Origin: Candidatus Latescibacterota bacterium
GTDB lineage: Bacteria > Latescibacterota > UBA2968 > GCA-2709665
Direction of reading: 5' to 3'
Assembly (NCBI GenBank): GCA_965219995.1
Contig: CBDCOX010000002.1
Span: 5,120,001 to 5,184,000 of the forward strand
Length of the DNA: 64,000 bases
Each line of letters starts with the position of its first letter. The stretch's first letter is position 1. The position numbers were made by a program, and so were the translations under genes. Shown one piece after another: positions 59,801 through 64,000 of the stretch. The notes beneath the pieces are model-generated. The model saw only the letters and a program-made list of their open reading frames with translations. It did not search any database and was not told the origin of the DNA.

Positions 59801-61340
59801 CGTGGAGGAGGCCGAACGGGGCGAGACCGTGTGGTCCGGCTGGACGCCGGTGCGCAAGGTGCTTCAGTGCCTTGAGAAGGAAAGCGGCCAGTCGTTCGCC
59901 CCGCTGCTGCCGAGCTCCTCCAATTCGGCCCATGAAGGCGTGGTGCGCTTCGTCAATGCCTCCCCGCAAGGCGGCTCGGTGAACATCCGGGCCACCGACG
60001 ACAGCGGCTGGAGCCCGCCCCCGGTCACGCTTCATGTCGGCCCCGGCGAATCGATCCATCTGACCACCCGGGATCTCGAGCAGGGCAACGCCGCCAAGGG
60101 GCTGAGCGGTTACCTCGGCGCGGCCACGGGCGACTGGCGCCTGGATGTGTCGAGCGAACGGGACATCGAGGTGCTGCCCTACGTGCGCGCGCACGACGGC
60201 CTGCTCGCGCCCATGCGCGCCATCGCGGAGGCGGAGCGCGGGGTGCACCGCGTATCGACCTTCGCCCAGGCGCACGATCCGGGCGCCCCGGGCCAGACGG
60301 GCCTGCTGCGGCTGATCAACCGGGGAGGCGAGGCGCTTGCGGCGCACATTGCCGGCACGGACGACGGCGGCGCGACAAGCGGCGAGGTATCGCTGGCCAT
60401 TCCCGCGGGCGCGTCCGTCCTTCTCACCGCGGCCGAACTCGAAGGCGGCGCTGCCGGACTGCGGGGCGCGCTCGGCGACGGCCGGGGGATGTGGCGGCTG
60501 AACATCGCCTCGGGGGGCGACCTGGCCGTCATGAACCTGCTTCGGAGCGGCGGCGGGCATCTGACGAACCTGTCGAGCGGCGCTTCTCCGGCACTGCGCT
60601 CCGGAGAAGTACACACGGTGCCCTACTTCCCCTCGGCCTCCGACCCGCTGGGCCGGCAGGGCCTGGTGCGCATCGTGAACGATACGGCGACCGACGCCGT
60701 GGTGCGCGTGCGAGCCCACGACGGGACCGGAAGGTACTACGAGCCGCTGACGCTCGCACTGGGCGCGGGCGAGGCGGCGCATCTGAACTCCCGGGATATG
60801 GAGATCGGCAACGCCTCCGGGGGGCTGTCCGGGCGCACCGGGTCGGGGACGGGCGACTGGCGGCTGGACATTGCGGGCCCACCGGGCGTCGGGGTGCTGG
60901 CGTACGTGCGCACGCCCGCGGGCGCTCTGGCGCCCGTGCACGACGTGGCGGACGCATCGGGGCGAACCCACGAGTTGCCGATGTTCAATCCGGCGGGCGG
61001 CGCCGACCAGGCGGGCCAACTGCGGATCGTGAATCCGGGGCCGCTTCCCGCGCGGGTGTTGATCCGCGGCAGGGACGACGGCGGCAACCCGTCCCGCGAT
61101 GTCGTGTGGCTGACCGTGGACGCGGGCGAGTCGAGAGTCGTGGAGGCCGCGGAACTGGAGACCGGCCGGGCGCTGCGGGGCGCGCTCGACGGCGCGCTGG
61201 GCGACGGCGCCGGCAACTGGCGCCTCGAGGTCGAATCCGACCGGCCCGTCTTGCTGATGAACCTCGCCGCAAGCCGCGACGGGCGAATCGTCAACCTGTC
61301 CTCCGGCACGAGACGAGCCGCGGCCGGCGTGAATCGCTGA
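56817..61340 (+). CDS. Large secreted surface protein with Calx-beta and FN3-like domains and four C-terminal repeats
   Basis: Calx-beta-like motifs (DTVDEPDETFTI, DGVAEGDERF, DGADESDGSV, VRDDD); FN3-like VSNVQVTAV..VTWDAVEHATSYEVEY; 4x (RxxN...D..G...WRL). Confidence 0.88.
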   Translation: MLLCALAVPAAAQTVSVPATQTVAEPATHTRVSMTFTGPGGDGDYATPEIVSGGTASGRETNGSISCAVGDDFVVDRSDNGITITAGQSTHTHDTFTVCADTVDEPDETFTIGWATSVGNPFDANASNCTNNFYCTTTFTITDDDPTEVSLARVGSGAVTEGGKIEFTVTLGRALVAGETIDVPLSIGGTNVTADDWSLALKPGAVNTGVARRIGSVVRFSGAGARTATLELTAVDDGTADHNETFDIALGANTDFDDSSLGTNVGGGADPHNTDNAFSVTVNEPPPDVSVHPSDAIGREGGGDWAGVELRLARALESGETLTVDYRIDIGLGAVNESHDGVSVTRAVASGVTSGTLTITGPNAPRNITLRLRPAANSVDRWESAVKTAEFKLTNVSGVSGAEAVAGADSAKVFVNDGSASRYTYMNVSGGSTNATTTRVVNGATTVRLDGSIVEEGGRVLVLLDGKAGRKRNAGRPYDPHNVTVGVQHLTTDFDDLGEAHRGHDAFVGFLRRDVATKTDYYNVGVLGMGFSAEMWIPISSDGVAEGDERFRVFIAGTPDYMGVEGAYNATNDRAPGVDFTIRGQPGGGQRAEEQQAVAPPAPSETVSNVQVTAVDAANAKVTWDAVEHATSYEVEYETTSTLVDEDNYVQGVALDWTDTEWTFQHDAAEAMTLTVTVTPAYEDEYGDAQVLDNLAGTATIDVAPSGGGDSIRGGGSTDNVDAGTGNTPQQPDYSALKDTVRGYAEETQHGDDHVSRWKRALAGLGDEDAIAEGYTPMTADEAQDMADTYSASRWNPIVEALTDLESRQSAEPEPDPIPELSLSPGSAVDEGASASFTIHANPAPASDVTVSVTVSQSGDYLDSPGAGARTVTLAASSATSSLAVATVNDGADESDGSVSVSIDSGAGYTVASSNHTASVTVRDDDEPPPAKTLGACVSVSQWDTVAGYYDSNAYRSPNYGANWYRVLIAYHEDRGDQTMPDWVGSTSKPSSAYTVEEAERGETVWSGWTPVRKVLQCLEKESGQSFAPLLPSSSNSAHEGVVRFVNASPQGGSVNIRATDDSGWSPPPVTLHVGPGESIHLTTRDLEQGNAAKGLSGYLGAATGDWRLDVSSERDIEVLPYVRAHDGLLAPMRAIAEAERGVHRVSTFAQAHDPGAPGQTGLLRLINRGGEALAAHIAGTDDGGATSGEVSLAIPAGASVLLTAAELEGGAAGLRGALGDGRGMWRLNIASGGDLAVMNLLRSGGGHLTNLSSGASPALRSGEVHTVPYFPSASDPLGRQGLVRIVNDTATDAVVRVRAHDGTGRYYEPLTLALGAGEAAHLNSRDMEIGNASGGLSGRTGSGTGDWRLDIAGPPGVGVLAYVRTPAGALAPVHDVADASGRTHELPMFNPAGGADQAGQLRIVNPGPLPARVLIRGRDDGGNPSRDVVWLTVDAGESRVVEAAELETGRALRGALDGALGDGAGNWRLEVESDRPVLLMNLAASRDGRIVNLSSGTRRAAAGVNR

Positions 61341-61563
61341 GCCCCCGGCGGCGGCAGGGGCGCCCGACGGCGCCTCGCCGCCGTCGGCGATCGACTTCGG
61401 GGGTTCGGGAGCCCACCCCACCACGGCGCGGTGCAACGCCGTGCGTCGTTGATGCCAACGCCCCTGTTCGGGTACACGTCCAAGGCATCCTGCCAACCGT
61501 TGACTCCACCGGGACGCGAGCGTAGCGTCCGACGAAACGTACGTGACGACGGGGCAAGGAGCG

Positions 61564-62652
61564 ATGCAACGACACTCCCTCACCGCGCTGCTGGCGGGCT
61601 TGGCCGTCCTGCTGGCCGGCGCCGGCGCCATCGCCGAGGCGCCGCGCATGGACGACGGCAAGCCCGACTTCTCCGGCACCTACGACATCACGACCCTCAC
61701 GCCCTGGCAGCGCAACCCCGACCTGGGCGAACGGAGGCACTTCACCGCGGAGGAGGTCGCGGAGATCAAGAACACCTCCTACGGCCGCGTGGAGCAGGCC
61801 GCGGCGCCCCTCGACCCGGACCGCGCCGCCCTCGAGGCGCCCACCGGGGAGGCGCGTGACCGCGGCGTCGACCGCCCCGGCGGCTTCGCGCCCGGCAGCT
61901 ACGACTATCACTGGTTCGACTGCGGGGGGAAGCAGTGCGACCTGTACCGGATCGACGGCCAGTACCCCTCGTCGGTGATCGTCGACCCGCCAGACGGCCG
62001 GATCCCGGAGGTCTCCGAGGCCGGCAAGGCGCGCCGGGCGACGCTGCTGCCGTACTACAAGGCCAAATACCCCGGCGAGGCATGGTGGCTCGAGGACGGC
62101 ACCGACCCCTACGACAACCCGGAAGCGCAGTCGGTGGGCGATCGGTGTCTGTACATGGGCCTCACCGTGCCGTCGCAGCCGGTCGTCTACAACAACACCA
62201 AGACGATCGTGCAGAACGACGACCAGGTGCTCATCGTCACCGAATGGATGCACTGGCCGCGCATCGTGCGCCTGAACTCCGAGCACCTCCCCGAGGACAT
62301 GCGCTCCTTCGGCGGCGACGCCATCGGCTGGTGGGAAGGCGACACGCTCGTCGTCGAGACGACGAACTTCATCGACTTCAACGCCCCGCATCCGCCGAGA
62401 GAAGGGCTCAAGGTCATCGAACGTTTCAGCCCCATCGACGGCGACAGCCTCCTCTACGGATTCACGGTGCACGACCCCGACTACGTGGCGCCCTACTCCG
62501 GCGAGTTCCCGTGGCACAGGAGCGACTACCCCATGTACGAGTACGCTTGCCACGAAGGCAACTACTCGATGGCGAACACGCTGTCCGGCGCGCGGGCGCT
62601 GGAGCGCAAGTGGATCGCGGAGCACGGGACGCCGGAATCCGAGGAGGAGTGA
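61564..62652 (+). CDS. Conserved secreted hypothetical protein
   Basis: Signal peptide; DGKPDFSGTY, VDPPDGRIP, GDAIGWWEGDTLVVETTNF, YEYACHEGN. Confidence 0.85.
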   Translation: MQRHSLTALLAGLAVLLAGAGAIAEAPRMDDGKPDFSGTYDITTLTPWQRNPDLGERRHFTAEEVAEIKNTSYGRVEQAAAPLDPDRAALEAPTGEARDRGVDRPGGFAPGSYDYHWFDCGGKQCDLYRIDGQYPSSVIVDPPDGRIPEVSEAGKARRATLLPYYKAKYPGEAWWLEDGTDPYDNPEAQSVGDRCLYMGLTVPSQPVVYNNTKTIVQNDDQVLIVTEWMHWPRIVRLNSEHLPEDMRSFGGDAIGWWEGDTLVVETTNFIDFNAPHPPREGLKVIERFSPIDGDSLLYGFTVHDPDYVAPYSGEFPWHRSDYPMYEYACHEGNYSMANTLSGARALERKWIAEHGTPESEEE

Positions 62653-62659
62653 GGGCCGC

Positions 62660-63502
62660 ATGACCAGAAGCATCCCCGCACTCGTCCTCCTCGCATGTCT
62701 CGGCTGCGCACCGGCGCAGGAGCCCTCCGAGTGGCAGGCGCCCCGGGGACCCGGCGGCGTGCATCCCGACCTCAACGGCGTCTGGCAGGCCCTGAACGAG
62801 GCCAACTGGGACCTCGAGCGGCACATGGCCCGCGCCTCGGTACAACTCCGCGACGGTCCCATGGGGCCGGTGCCGAGCATCCCGACGCTCTACATGGGCG
62901 CGACCGCGGCCGTCCCGCCGAGCCTCGGCGTGGTGGACGGCGGCAAGCTGCCGTACAGGCCCGAGGCGCTCGCGAAGCGCGACGCCAACCGCGCGAACTG
63001 GAGCGGACTGGATCCCGAGGTGAAGTGCTTCCTGCCGGGGATCCCCCGGGCGAACTACCTCCCGCAGCCGTTCCAGATCTTCCAGTCCCCGAACCAGATC
63101 GAGTTCGTCTACCAGTTCGCGAGCGCGAACCGGAACATCCTGATGGAGGATCCGGGGCCGGCCCCCGCGCCGTCGTGGATGGGCCAATCGGTGGCCCGTT
63201 GGGAAGGCGACACCCTGGTCATCGAGGTGACGGACCAGAACGACCAGACCTGGTTCGACCGCGCCGGCAACCACCACAGCGAAGCGATGACCGTCGTCGA
63301 ACGCTTCACGCCGATGGGCCCGAACCACCTGGCCTACGAGGCGACCATCGACGACCCGGAGACGTTCACGGAGCCGTGGACGATCCGCATGCCGCTGTAC
63401 CGGCGCATGGAACCGGACGCGATGCTGCTCGACTTCAAGTGCGTCGCGTTCGTGGAGGAACTGATGTACGGGGAGCTGCGGCGTTACCCGCTGCCCCGCT
63501 GA
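62660..63502 (+). CDS. Conserved secreted or lipoprotein hypothetical, paralogue of preceding gene
   Basis: Lipobox-like ACLGC; PDLNGVW, KCFLPGIPR, MGQSVARWEGDTLVI, DPETFTEPW. Confidence 0.85.
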   Translation: MTRSIPALVLLACLGCAPAQEPSEWQAPRGPGGVHPDLNGVWQALNEANWDLERHMARASVQLRDGPMGPVPSIPTLYMGATAAVPPSLGVVDGGKLPYRPEALAKRDANRANWSGLDPEVKCFLPGIPRANYLPQPFQIFQSPNQIEFVYQFASANRNILMEDPGPAPAPSWMGQSVARWEGDTLVIEVTDQNDQTWFDRAGNHHSEAMTVVERFTPMGPNHLAYEATIDDPETFTEPWTIRMPLYRRMEPDAMLLDFKCVAFVEELMYGELRRYPLPR

Positions 63503-63519
63503 CGCTGGAGCTCGAGAAG

Positions 63520-63945
63520 ATGAAACCCCCAGGCATCCTGTCCATCGCGGTCCTGGCGCTGTCCGCCCCCGCCGCCACCGCCCATCACGCGTTCGGCGCC
63601 GAGTTCGACCCGAACCTGCCCGTGCAGTTGCGCGGTCCCATCCAGCGCATCGAGTGGGTGAATCCCCACGCCTGGTTCCACGTCGAGCACGCCAACGAGG
63701 ACGGCAGCACGACCGTCTGGATGGTCGAGGCCGGCACGCCCAACACCCTCTTCCGGCGGGGCATCACCCGCAATACCGTGCCCCTCGGCACCGAGGTGAT
63801 CATCGACGGCTTCCAGGCGAAGGACGAGTCCCTGCGCGCCAACGGCCGCCGCATGACGTTCACCAACGGCGAGACCCTCTTCATGGGATCGAGCGGCACC
63901 GGCGCGCCGCGGGACGGGGCCGACCCGACGGAGCCGGGGATTTAG
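63520..63945 (+). CDS. DUF6152-family protein
   Basis: Signal peptide; AHHAFGAEFD, EWVNPHAW, WMVEAGTPNTL. Confidence 0.85.
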   Translation: MKPPGILSIAVLALSAPAATAHHAFGAEFDPNLPVQLRGPIQRIEWVNPHAWFHVEHANEDGSTTVWMVEAGTPNTLFRRGITRNTVPLGTEVIIDGFQAKDESLRANGRRMTFTNGETLFMGSSGTGAPRDGADPTEPGI

Positions 63946-64000
63946 GGCGTCAGGGGTGGCCACGCCGAGCGCCGGCCGGCCGTCGCGCTAGTCGCCTAAA

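Noticed and set aside
59553-61679. 708-aa minus-strand ORF, and similar long antisense ORFs at 40952-42751, 56664-58328 and 61291-62880
   Set aside because: Antisense shadows of high-GC genes, with no motifs and biased composition.

Overview
Bacterial, probably metagenome-assembled DNA with two compositionally different halves joined near 29.7 kb, where a SAM-methyltransferase reads in frame into an unrelated PIN-like protein. The left half is visibly lower in GC. After nth and a single-Cys dksA comes a ~11.5 kb defence-island-like block: a WYL regulator, a palindromic operator-like site, an unusual ATPase with three AAA+ modules, an XRE-HTH protein, a DUF2779 nuclease, a GIY-YIG nuclease, a UDG-like protein, a dead PD-(D/E)XK gene, and an internally deleted brnT with intact brnA. 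Housekeeping and metabolic genes follow (HpcH aldolase, dusB, larB, Na+/solute symporter, DmpA peptidase, GT2-radical SAM-GT2, enolase-family dehydratase, vapBC). The higher-GC right half carries catabolic genes, toxin-antitoxin modules and many broken genes. It also has a UGA-interrupted AhpC/TSA-like gene (probable selenoprotein, UxxC plus SECIS-like hairpin) and a (GCCGA)34 microsatellite that appears to switch translation of a 1,500-aa Calx-beta/FN3 surface protein. No rRNA, tRNA, CRISPR array or integrase was recognised. All family calls come from motif recognition by eye, not database searches.
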